A DNA stretch of 64,000 bases from Verrucomicrobiota bacterium. Lineage in GTDB: Bacteria; Verrucomicrobiota; Verrucomicrobiia; Opitutales; Coraliomargaritaceae. This document shows, one piece after another, positions 47,027 through 55,613 of this stretch. The DNA is taken from NCBI GenBank assembly GCA_039815375.1, contig JBCBZJ010000004.1, positions 1 through 64,000 on the forward strand, given 5' to 3'. The translations under genes and the position numbers were made by a program. The notes under the pieces were generated by a model. That model was given only the letters and a program-made list of their open reading frames with translations, was not told where the DNA came from and ran no database searches. Within the stretch, counting starts at the first letter, position 1. Every line of letters starts with the position of its first letter.

Positions 47027-47886
47027 ATGCCTAAGATAATTTTCACATCTGGCATCGATCCAGAATATGACGATATACCTGAAGTCAGATGTGAATTCCC
47101 ACAACGTTATTACAAAATGGTCAATGAGGCCATCGGCGACTGGGTGATTTACTATGAACCTAGAAAGAATGGTGGCAGAATGTCATACTATGCTTCGGCC
47201 AAAGTCGCTAAGGTCGAAAAACATCCCAAAAAATCGAATCATTTTTTCATGTTTGTTTCCGATTACCTCGAGTTCGCTCAGGCAGTTCCCTATCGCAGAG
47301 GAACTGAATAAATGGAATCGGCACTTGTCGGTGAAGGCGTTAAGCCCAACTTGGGCGCTCTTCAATGGTCAGTCAGGCGTTTGCTCGAACATGAATTTTT
47401 TGCAATCGTGCGGACAGGATTCGGAAACGAATTGATTATTTCAAAACAAGATACGCAAGTTGCAGAAGAACCAGCCGAATATAATAGACCCATAGTCAAG
47501 AAACTCACGAACCGCCCATTTCGAAATAAAGCATTCAGCAATCAAGTTCACGAAGCATACGACGACACGTGTGCGTTCACTGGCCTAAGGCTTAATAATG
47601 GGGCAGGACTGTTTGAGGTCGAGGCAGCTCACATACGAGCAGTTGAAGACAATGGACCGGACTCACCACGTAATGGCCTCGCACTTGGACAGACCATACA
47701 TTGGTTGTTCGACAAAGGTGTTCTCTCACTTGAAGACGATGGGAAAATACTGAAAGCTGGTCGTCTTGTTCCCGAAAAAGTGAATGCTCTACTCCACACG
47801 GATGGTTACGCACGATTACCAGAACGGGCGCAACTACAGCCTCACAAACAGTTTCTTAGGTTTCATCGTGAGAATCGCTTTCTAGG

Positions 47887-47890
<4 letters not shown>
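47027..47890 (+). pseudogene. HNH restriction endonuclease split by an in-frame TAA (47309-47311)
   Basis: 47027-47311 and 47312-47890 share a frame; CAFTG, EAAHI, NGLAL..TIHWLFDKG HNH motif in the second part. Confidence 0.75.
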
Positions 47891-48315
<425 letters not shown>

Positions 48316-48497
48316 AGGTAATACATTAATTGCTTGTGAATAGATGTGAAGCCTAGCGTCCATCAAAGGAAACTTCATCCGCATCTTCAAAGCAGGCAGC
48401 TACGCCGCCTACTCCTTAAAGAAAGTAAGCGATCCGGCTCAAACAAAACCTGAGTAGCCCATTCCCAGCCTCTGCTGTCTCTGTTTCCTCCTGTTCA

Positions 48498-48532
48498 ACC
48501 ATCCGCGTCGATCTGTGGTCATCCGTGGTTAA
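48498..48532 (+). repeat. 10-bp-period intergenic repeat (related copies at 52711-52745 and in uvrA at 37326)
   Basis: ACCATCCGCGTCGATCTGTGGTCATCCGTGGTTAA versus ACCATCCGTGTCGATTTGTGTTCATTCGTGGTTAA. Confidence 0.7.
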
Positions 48533-48600
48533 AATACAGATTACAGGAATAGACCGCGCGACCAGAGCTCCTACCCGCTCACTCAAACAAGTATCACATC

Positions 48601-49032
48601 ATGAACGCACTCGACCTGACCACTGACTACCCACGCAGCCCGCGCGCAACGCTCGCCGGCTATGTTATTGCCGCACGCACGCTGGACAAATGCCGAGCCG
48701 TACTCGCCGGCACCCAGGGCGAATACCACTTCGACTGTCCGCTGGATAATCTTTTCTTCGACTTCGCAGGCATCCAGGCAGACGACTTCAAGGCCTTTGT
48801 CGCCACCGGAGCGGACGACGCTGCAGTCGCCGAATGGATTCAGGCCAAGGCAGCAGAGAACACACAGGAGGAGATCGTGCAGTGGAACAATGACCTGCGC
48901 TACAAACGCATTTCCGAAATGCCGATCAAACTACAGGTCTTCCTCGAAGGCTATATCCCTGAGAACACCCCAGCCAATAAAGTCGTCTACTACTGGTTTG
49001 ACGTCTACGACATCGAAGAAAAGCGCATCTAA
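48601..49032 (+). CDS. DUF5069 domain protein
   Basis: PRSPRATLAGY..AARTLDKCRA, GEYHFDCPLD. Confidence 0.8.
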   Translation: MNALDLTTDYPRSPRATLAGYVIAARTLDKCRAVLAGTQGEYHFDCPLDNLFFDFAGIQADDFKAFVATGADDAAVAEWIQAKAAENTQEEIVQWNNDLRYKRISEMPIKLQVFLEGYIPENTPANKVVYYWFDVYDIEEKRI

Positions 49033-49226
49033 GTTCGAGGCACTCTCAAACACAAATTAATTCAATTTTGAATTAGTTTAAGAACAGTACTGAGTTCTCG
49101 CGTTCAGAACGTGTAGCTACTTGAGCTACTCCCAAAACCTGAACGACGTAAACGCATTCTTGAAATCAATCCGCGTCCACTTGTCCGGTGTAGCTGAGCA
49201 TAGACGGACCTGTGGATAAATCACCT

Positions 49227-49274
49227 TTGCACTATTTAGTATTGCACTATTTAGTATAATACTATTCAGTGCAA
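49227..49274 (+). promoter_or_regulatory. Tandem 15-bp repeat plus inverted copy, putative operator
   Basis: TTGCACTATTTAGTA twice (49227-49256), then TACTATTCAGTGCAA before the ATPase start. Confidence 0.55.
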
Positions 49275-49280
49275 AAAATC

Positions 49281-50396
49281 ATGGCTAAGCAGCAGACGAA
49301 CCCTTTCCGCTTTAATCAGGTCGTTGAGAAAGAATATTTCTGCAGCCGCCCCGAAAGCGCACTCGTATCCGAACTCGTTCAGTCAGGGCAGAATGTAGCC
49401 CTGATCGGTCCTCGACGCACAGGAAAAACCTCTCTCGCCCTCGAAGTCTGCCGAAAAGCCAAACTCAAGATCGTGCATAGTGATATGATGCGAGTCGAAT
49501 CGTATGCCGATATTATCCGTCGACTGGTCGAAGCCGCCTTACGCGATAGCAAAGCCCCCAAAGTAGAGAACTTTATCAAGGCGCTGGCTCACCTGCGACC
49601 GACCTGGACCATTGACCCGATCGGCGGTGGCACTCAGCTCACCGTCACCCCATCCGCCAAGAGTACGCCGGAAAATGTAATCGACACGCTTCGGTTGATT
49701 GAAAAGCGCTGCATTGCCACGGGCAGTATCCTTTTTATCGATGAATTTCAGGACATCACTGCCCTACCCAAGCACGAAAGCTTTATCGCCCAGATGCGCT
49801 CGCAGATACAGCGCTGGAAAAAGACCGCCATCCTCTTTGCAGGCAGCGATCGGGAGAAGATGAAGGCCCTCTTCACCGATCCAGCCAGCCCCTTCTACCA
49901 ATCAGCCACCGTTCTGATGATTGAGCAGCTGGAAGAAAAGACCTTCAAGCGCTACATCCACCGCCGTTTTGAACAAAGCGGCAAAACCATTGAGCCCGAA
50001 TGCATTGAGCAAGCACTCGCACTGACCGGGCACCACCCAAACTCTGCTCAAAAACTACTGCACTTCATCTGGTCGAAAACTCCGGAAAAAGGGCATGCCG
50101 ATGTCACGATTCTCGAATCAGCCCTCAGCCTAACCATGCGCGTGGAGCAGGACGAATTCGAACGCACCCTCGATAACCTGACCTTCATGCAAGGTCGCGC
50201 CCTGAAGGCACTCGCACAGCTCGGCGGTAAAAATACAACCAGTGGCGACTTCCTCGAAGCCGCCAACATCCGCAACCCGACCTCCTCGACCAAAGCACTC
50301 ATGCGTTGCGTGCAACTCAAGATCCTCCTGAGAGACGGTTCCGCATATCGCTTCGCCAACCCCTTCTTCAAGGCCTGGCTACAACGACAGCCTTAG
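49281..50396 (+). CDS. AAA/STAND-like ATPase with C-terminal winged helix
   Basis: [30 protein letters not shown]. Confidence 0.8.
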   Translation: MAKQQTNPFRFNQVVEKEYFCSRPESALVSELVQSGQNVALIGPRRTGKTSLALEVCRKAKLKIVHSDMMRVESYADIIRRLVEAALRDSKAPKVENFIKALAHLRPTWTIDPIGGGTQLTVTPSAKSTPENVIDTLRLIEKRCIATGSILFIDEFQDITALPKHESFIAQMRSQIQRWKKTAILFAGSDREKMKALFTDPASPFYQSATVLMIEQLEEKTFKRYIHRRFEQSGKTIEPECIEQALALTGHHPNSAQKLLHFIWSKTPEKGHADVTILESALSLTMRVEQDEFERTLDNLTFMQGRALKALAQLGGKNTTSGDFLEAANIRNPTSSTKALMRCVQLKILLRDGSAYRFANPFFKAWLQRQP

Positions 50397-50490
50397 CAAC
50401 CCACGCCCACTTGTCCGGCGTCGCTAAGCGTAGACGGATCTAAATGAGATTCATGCCTTCCATTGACAGAATTTCAGTAATTCTGCAAAT

Positions 50491-50724
50491 GTGCCTGAAA
50501 AAATCGTCATTGGTCAGCGCGGCGTGCTGACACTACCCGCGAAGCTCCGGAAGCGCTATGCCCTGCAGCAGAACGACACTCTGCTCGTCGAGGAAACCCC
50601 GCAAGGCCTGCTGCTGCGCCCCTGCGTGAGCCTGCCGGTTGAGTTCTACTCGGAGGAACGCATTGCTGAGTTCAACGAAGACGATGCAGCAATCGGTGAA
50701 GCGCTGGATACATTGAACTCATAA
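50491..50724 (+). CDS. AbrB/MazE/SpoVT family antitoxin
   Basis: IGQRGVLTLPAKLRKRY...GLLLRP; upstream palindrome CAGAATT-N5-AATTCTG overlapping TTGACA. Confidence 0.8.
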   Translation: MPEKIVIGQRGVLTLPAKLRKRYALQQNDTLLVEETPQGLLLRPCVSLPVEFYSEERIAEFNEDDAAIGEALDTLNS

Positions 50725-50735
50725 TTCATCGATCG

Positions 50736-51086
50736 ATGAAATGTTTTCTGGCCGCCAATGTCCTCTTTTCAGCCGCCAATAAATTCAGCCAGCTCCATCG
50801 CTTGATCTATTGGCTACGAGAGAAGCACGAACTGATTACTTCCGACTACGCCGGCGAGGAAGCCATCCGCAACATCCGAGCCAAGCGGAGCGACTGAGAG
50901 TTGGGCTACACTCAAATCATGCAAGGCATTCGAACGGTCGAAAGCGTCCATCAGCCCATCGAAGTGGAACTCGCGGAAAAGGATCAGCCCATTTTAGCCA
51001 CAGCAATTGCAGAGGAATGTGATGTTCTCGTAAACGGCCGCTCCTTTGAAAAAGCGGACGAGCATAAGAAGGTCGACACTCCGTAG
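50736..51086 (+). pseudogene. PIN/VapC toxin pseudogene
   Basis: MKCFLAANVLFSA (canonical FLDxNV Asp lost), TGA at 50895-50897, continues EKDQPILATAI..CDVLV then diverges. Confidence 0.75.
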
Positions 51087-51228
51087 TCCATATCCGGCCT
51101 CTGCTCCCTCTGTTAGCTCCTGTTCATTCATCCGCGCCCATTTTTACGGCGCAGTCGATCAAATCGATGGAATAAAGGACATGGATTGACTTCTTTAACT
51201 AGGTAGACATTTCGAAGTTAATCCCCCT

Positions 51229-52710
51229 ATGCCGCATCATAATTTGTTCCTGTTTGTCATTCTCTTTTTTGGAATCATCGGCTCCATTATCGCGCAGTTA
51301 CCTGAAGCGCTGCCGGATAAAGCTCCCCAACAGGCCAAAATCGTTCTGGAACAAACCCATGGCCCCTACCTCGGCTTCGGTATCGGCATCCATCCCGGAG
51401 ACGTCATTTACGAAACTGCTTTCGAAGAGCTGGACCTTGAGTTCGTGCGCCTTGAGTTTGGCCCACTTTGGTATGACCTCGATGAGCTAATCCCTGCGGA
51501 TGCGAGTCTTGATGAACTCTATAGTTTCATCGCGGCCAACTACAATGGTGACGCTTATAACCGCCTCGAAGGAGCCCAATACACCTATCGCTTTTTAAAC
51601 GATCGCGATATCAAGATAGTCCTCATTCATTTCGAGCTCCCCTACCATTGGCGCAGGGACAAGGCAACCGGCCTGATCGAGCCTCAATACATCGACGACC
51701 TCGCCCGCTTTTACACCGCGCACCTTCGCTTTCTCAGAGACAACGGCGTCCATATTGATTATATCGAACTGGCCAACGAGCCCGATGGCAATTGGAACGG
51801 CCACCTGCCACCGGAATCCTACGTGAGCCTGCTCAAGCAATGCGACCACCTCTTCGAAGCCAATGACCTCGGGCATGTCCAAATCCTCGGGCCCGGCCTC
51901 GCCTTTCTCAATCTCTACAATCGATTGCCGCCCTACATGGATGCCTTGGCCCTTGGTGCACATGTTCACCTCGACGGATGGTCCACCCACACATGGGACG
52001 AAGTCGAGTTCCCCGAGGCACGCCCGGAATACACCTTTGGAGTCTGGCAACCCTTCCTCAATGGGATCAAAGAATCAGACCCTCTGCGCCGAAAACCGAT
52101 TCTTGTTACAGAGTATGGAAGCGACGTGACCCGCTTTGGAGACCGCATTTACACATCCCCACGCGACCAATTCACCGAAAACCTCACGGATAGCTGGGAC
52201 TACGCTATTCGCGTCGTCGCCAACTCCATCACCCATCTCAACCGCGGTGCCAATGCCCTCATTCTTTACCGCCTCAGCAACGCCCACTGGCAAAAAACGG
52301 GCTGGGGAATCATTCAGCCCGAAACCCCCGAGCGCTACCGCAAAAAACCCATCTACCAAGCGATCTACAAACTACTCAGCGACCTCCCACTCGGCGCCCA
52401 AATCCTCCAACCGAATTGGTATACGCATGACGATCCCATCCTCCTCGCAGTCTTTCACGATGAAGCAAGCCAACAGCTGTCCCTCATCGCCATTAACTGG
52501 ACGGACACAGACCAGAGCCAAACCATTCAACTTCCCGGCGCTTATAGAGCTGTAGAGAATCGACAGCTCGATGCCGAAGGCTTCATTACAGATGAGGCTA
52601 ATATTTCTCTGGACGACGATCAACTGACTCTAAACCTCCCGGCAAATTCAATGTGCCGTATCGAACTGGAAACCAATCAAACCAAACCGAGTGACTCGCC
52701 CGACTCATAA
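51229..52710 (+). CDS. Secreted clan-A glycoside hydrolase (GH30/GH39-like)
   Basis: Signal peptide, ANEPD acid/base, VTEYG nucleophile, beta-rich C-terminus. Confidence 0.7.
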   Translation: MPHHNLFLFVILFFGIIGSIIAQLPEALPDKAPQQAKIVLEQTHGPYLGFGIGIHPGDVIYETAFEELDLEFVRLEFGPLWYDLDELIPADASLDELYSFIAANYNGDAYNRLEGAQYTYRFLNDRDIKIVLIHFELPYHWRRDKATGLIEPQYIDDLARFYTAHLRFLRDNGVHIDYIELANEPDGNWNGHLPPESYVSLLKQCDHLFEANDLGHVQILGPGLAFLNLYNRLPPYMDALALGAHVHLDGWSTHTWDEVEFPEARPEYTFGVWQPFLNGIKESDPLRRKPILVTEYGSDVTRFGDRIYTSPRDQFTENLTDSWDYAIRVVANSITHLNRGANALILYRLSNAHWQKTGWGIIQPETPERYRKKPIYQAIYKLLSDLPLGAQILQPNWYTHDDPILLAVFHDEASQQLSLIAINWTDTDQSQTIQLPGAYRAVENRQLDAEGFITDEANISLDDDQLTLNLPANSMCRIELETNQTKPSDSPDS

Positions 52711-52852
52711 ACCATCCGTGTCGATTTGTGTTCATTCGTGGTTAAGAAATTAAACCACAGAGCAGGTAGAAATCAGAGGAGGAGTTTCTTTATAAAATCC
52801 TCCACGAAACCTGGGAAGACGATGCCTAAGGCAACGACGGAAAACAATTTGT

Positions 52853-53662
52853 TCAATTTGCTGCGCAGGACTTCCGGCGAAAGCAGTAAAACATAAGCGT
52901 GGCCAAGCCAAGACATAATGCCGACGAACCCGGCTCAGGCACAGAGGTTGCGATCAGCTGGACATCATCGAAATCAACCTCCAGATCCGGAAACCCCAGT
53001 GCTGCGTCATCAGAGGGAATCAAATTGGAATTGACCAGACGGATACCGAGGGACTCGCCCAGACGCTCGTGAGTCGCCCCGATTGTTATACTTAAGGTTA
53101 AGCGAACAAATTCGCCTTCAATCAGCAGACCGGCCTGCGCGTTATTATCCTGGGCAATAATGTTACTTTCATCACCAGCCACAGTTTCATCCCCTGCAAG
53201 TAACTCGATACGATACTCAGGAAAACCCTCCAGATTGAAAAAATCATTATTCACTGCTGTTCCCGAATCAATATCGCCGACTTCTACGCTCAGATCGTAA
53301 CGGGTGTTGGCCTGCAAGTTATCCACCAAAGTTTGCTCAAAACCATAAGCCCCTGCTCCTCGTTGCGTGCTGTTGAACAGGATAGCCACACGCGAACCTT
53401 CAGGAGCAGTTTCGTTGAAAAATTCCGTGCCGTTTGGAGTCAAGGTCCCGGTAAAGACACCTCCATCCGGAGTAATTCCGTTTGGGTCATAAATATCCCA
53501 GCCTGCGGGTGTGCCAAATGTGAATTCATTAAAAACCGACTGGCCGGAGACATCCTCAAAACCTGCATTGGTAATCGCAAGATTGACCGAACCATTTGCA
53601 ACCGGACTTAACAAACCGCAAAGAAGACTGGTTTTTACAAAAGAGATATGAGCCTGAGACAT
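52853..53662 (-). CDS. PEP-CTERM sorting domain protein
   Basis: C-terminal VPEPGSSALCLGL..FRRK. Confidence 0.85.
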   Translation of the reverse strand: MSQAHISFVKTSLLCGLLSPVANGSVNLAITNAGFEDVSGQSVFNEFTFGTPAGWDIYDPNGITPDGGVFTGTLTPNGTEFFNETAPEGSRVAILFNSTQRGAGAYGFEQTLVDNLQANTRYDLSVEVGDIDSGTAVNNDFFNLEGFPEYRIELLAGDETVAGDESNIIAQDNNAQAGLLIEGEFVRLTLSITIGATHERLGESLGIRLVNSNLIPSDDAALGFPDLEVDFDDVQLIATSVPEPGSSALCLGLATLMFYCFRRKSCAAN

Positions 53663-53887
53663 GATACTTATGAAGATCGAAATAATTAATTTCGGCAATC
53701 CATTAACGGACCAAGAAACTGGATGAATGTGTATACAATTACAGCCAGTTATCACTAAATCTTTGCGAGGGGTATGCATACAAAAAGAAATCAAAATATA
53801 ACGATACGTTAATATATTTCCTAGCTCACCTTACCAGTTGACAACAGCGCCTTGCAGCATGATTACGGCAACAACTACTAATAAAAC

Positions 53888-54016
53888 ATGCTACTATTAA
53901 ATCGCAGAACCATGCAGCCCAAAGCGGATTTTCTTAATGAATATCCGAAGGGGGATACATGCCCTCATGGCATTGGCATGTCCGGTTCTGAAAAGGTAGC
54001 GCTTATCTCAATATAG
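53888..54016 (+). CDS. Putative leader peptide 1 (42 aa)
   Basis: MLLLNRRTMQPK...VALISI*, after a TTGACA at 53838 and before a terminator. Confidence 0.35.
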   Translation: MLLLNRRTMQPKADFLNEYPKGDTCPHGIGMSGSEKVALISI

Positions 54017-54056
54017 TATTTATAGACGAGTTAACTAGAGGCACATTAACCCTTTC

Positions 54057-54096
54057 AAAAGGCCCGGACTGCAGATTGCAGCCGGGCCTTTTGTTT
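54057..54096 (+). terminator. Rho-independent terminator/attenuator 1
   Basis: AAAAGGCCCGG...CCGGGCCTTTTGTTT. Confidence 0.75.
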
Positions 54097-54261
54097 GCCC
54101 GAATCAAGACATTTTCCGTCTTCAAACCTGAAGATTGATCGCGTCAGGGCGGAGCTTTATTAGATTACATAAGTTATTTATTATAAATATTTTATGTAAT
54201 TTAATTGTTGACTCTTTATAAAATTCCATCCAAGTTCGGTGGCATAACTTTTTTCAAACAC

Positions 54262-54453
54262 ATGCATCTTCACATACATATTCAAATGCCCTGCGGCAGT
54301 TATCTTTGGTCACCCATTTCCCCAAACGGGTCCGATGATCTGTTAGCGCAGAGATTTGAGAATCCCATGGATTCAACACAAGCGAGGGCTTGTAGAGAGC
54401 AGGCATTTCAACCGCGTATTGCGGCCGAATGTTTAGAGAACACTAAACGATGA
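54262..54453 (+). CDS. Putative leader peptide 2 (63 aa, His-rich start)
   Basis: MHLHIHIQ...; TTGACT at 54208 upstream; stop about 20 nt before terminator 2. Confidence 0.4.
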   Translation: MHLHIHIQMPCGSYLWSPISPNGSDDLLAQRFENPMDSTQARACREQAFQPRIAAECLENTKR

Positions 54454-54473
54454 AATACCTGAAAGACTTTCTT

Positions 54474-54510
54474 AAAGCCCAAGCCGCAGACACCGCGCTT
54501 GGGCTTTTTT
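54474..54510 (+). terminator. Rho-independent terminator/attenuator 2, upstream of the tRNA array
   Basis: AAAGCCCAAGC...GCTTGGGCTTTTTT. Confidence 0.75.
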
Positions 54511-54653
54511 GTTTCCACCAACTACAGTTTACCGGTCTCCCTTCCACCACAGCGAAGGGTCAAACGTCACGTAAATGGCGTCCAAACCACGACTCAGAAT
54601 TTGATCGTGAGAGGGGCGAAACAGCCGTCCTTGGTGGAAACAATTAACTTTAT

Positions 54654-54730
54654 GGTAGTTATCGCTTAATGGCTAAAGCACCTGACTGTGACTCAGGGGA
54701 TCTAGAGTTCGATTCTCAGTAACTACCCCA
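54654..54730 (+). tRNA. tRNA-His(GTG)
   Basis: G-1, GTAGTTA/TAACTAC acceptor, CCTGA-ctGTGac-TCAGG, C73, CCA. Confidence 0.9.
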
Positions 54731-54740
54731 ACCTTTCTAA

Positions 54741-54815
54741 GCCTCTGTCTTCCAACAGATAGGATAGCCGATTGTCTACCGGCAGATGTGGGTGCGATTC
54801 CCATCAGAGGCGCCA
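54741..54815 (+). tRNA. tRNA-Asp(GTC)
   Basis: GCCTCTG/CAGAGGC, ttGTCta loop, G73, CCA. Confidence 0.85.
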
Positions 54816-54823
54816 TTTTTTAT

Positions 54824-54899
54824 TCGGTGGTAGTTCAATAGGTAGAACGTGGCCCTGTTAAGGCCAATGTTGCAGGATCGTAGCCTGCCCACCGAGCCA
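54824..54899 (+). tRNA. tRNA-Asn(GTT)
   Basis: TCGGTGG/CCACCGA, TGGCC-ctGTTaa-GGCCA, G73, CCA. Confidence 0.9.
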
Positions 54900-54905
54900 G
54901 TTTAC

Positions 54906-54981
54906 GGGAGTGTAGTGTAGAGAGTCTGCACGTCTGGTTGAAGACCAGAAAGTCATGGTGCGATTCCATGCGCTTCCGCCA
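54906..54981 (+). tRNA. tRNA-Phe(GAA), atypical G73
   Basis: GGGAGTG/CGCTTCC, TCTGG-ttGAAga-CCAGA, CCA. Confidence 0.8.
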
Positions 54982-54983
54982 AC

Positions 54984-55072
54984 GGACAGGTAGAGCCGTA
55001 ATTGACAGCGGCGCCGGATTGTAAACCCGGAGCATCCATGCCTTGCAGGTTTGAGCCCTGCCCTGTCCACCA
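54984..55072 (+). tRNA. tRNA-Tyr(GTA)
   Basis: GGACAGG/CCTGTCC, ttGTAaa loop, long variable arm, A73, CCA. Confidence 0.85.
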
Positions 55073-55082
55073 AATTTAACAA

Positions 55083-55207
55083 CGTGGAGTGGCCAAATTA
55101 GCAAGGCTCCGGTCTTGGAGACCGGGAAACTGCAGGTGGTCCGGTTCCCTTCGTGCCCGGTCATGTCGTCACTTCGTTCCTCGGAACGAGTCCTGTCTCC
55201 GCGACCA
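55083..55207 (+). tRNA. tRNA-Pro(TGG) with a 48-nt insertion in the T-loop
   Basis: CGTGGAG/CTCCGCG-A-CCA, CCGGT-ctTGGag-ACCGG, T-stem GCAGG/CCTGT separated by extra sequence 55139-55186. Confidence 0.75.
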
Positions 55208-55213
55208 TTTTAT

Positions 55214-55290
55214 GACCAAGTAGCCCAATCGGTAGAGGCAGCTGCCTCAGAAGCAGTTCAGTGGGGGTTCGAATCCTCTCTTGGTTACCA
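55214..55290 (+). tRNA. tRNA-Leu(CAG), short variable loop
   Basis: GACCAAG/CTTGGTT, GCTGC-ctCAGaa-GCAGT, A73, CCA. Confidence 0.85.
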
Positions 55291-55296
55291 ATTCAA

Positions 55297-55371
55297 GCCT
55301 CATTAGTTCAACAAGTAGAACAGCCGGCTTTTACCCGGTAGGCCATGGTGCAAGTCCATGATGTGGCACCA
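55297..55371 (+). tRNA. tRNA-Lys(TTT)
   Basis: GCCTCAT/ATGTGGC (one T-T mismatch), GCCGG-ctTTTac-CCGGT, CCA. Confidence 0.85.
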
Positions 55372-55377
55372 ACTTGA

Positions 55378-55454
55378 AGCAGAGTAGCTCAATCAGTCAG
55401 AGCGCGGGTCTCATACGCCCGAGGTTGTGGGTGCGATTCCCATCTCTGCAACCA
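55378..55454 (+). tRNA. tRNA-Met(CAT), 1:72 mismatch (initiator-like)
   Basis: AGCAGAG/CTCTGCA, CGGGT-ctCATac-GCCCG, A73, CCA. Confidence 0.85.
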
Positions 55455-55459
55455 TCTTA

Positions 55460-55531
55460 GCCCGTATCGTCTAGTAGCTAGGATCTCGCGCTTTCCACGC
55501 GATGACGCCGGTGCAAATCCGGCTACGGGTT
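55460..55531 (+). tRNA. tRNA-Glu(TTC), no encoded CCA
   Basis: GCCCGTA/TACGGGT, TCGCG-ctTTCca-CGCGA, Glu-type D arm. Confidence 0.8.
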
Positions 55532-55538
55532 ACTTTCC

Positions 55539-55609
55539 TGCGGGATAGTGTAAGGGCCGCACAGCGAACTTTGACTCCGCTAGAGAAGGTTCGAATCCTT
55601 CTCCCGCAA
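55539..55609 (+). tRNA. tRNA-Gln(TTG), no encoded CCA
   Basis: TGCGGGA/TCCCGCA (U1-A72), ctTTGac loop, GTTCGAATC. Confidence 0.85.
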
Positions 55610-55613
55610 TTTT

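Noticed and set aside
50895..50897. Selenocysteine or programmed readthrough at the PIN TGA
   Set aside because: Other lesions (lost catalytic Asp, altered C-terminus) indicate ordinary decay
55139..55186. Group I or II self-splicing intron in tRNA-Pro
   Set aside because: 48 nt is far too short, and it lies in the T-loop rather than the anticodon loop
54450..55306. ORF-track proteins overlapping the array (54450-54647, 54835-55164, 54858-55082, 55115-55306)
   Set aside because: They overlap the terminator or clear tRNA cloverleaves and have no recognisable motifs
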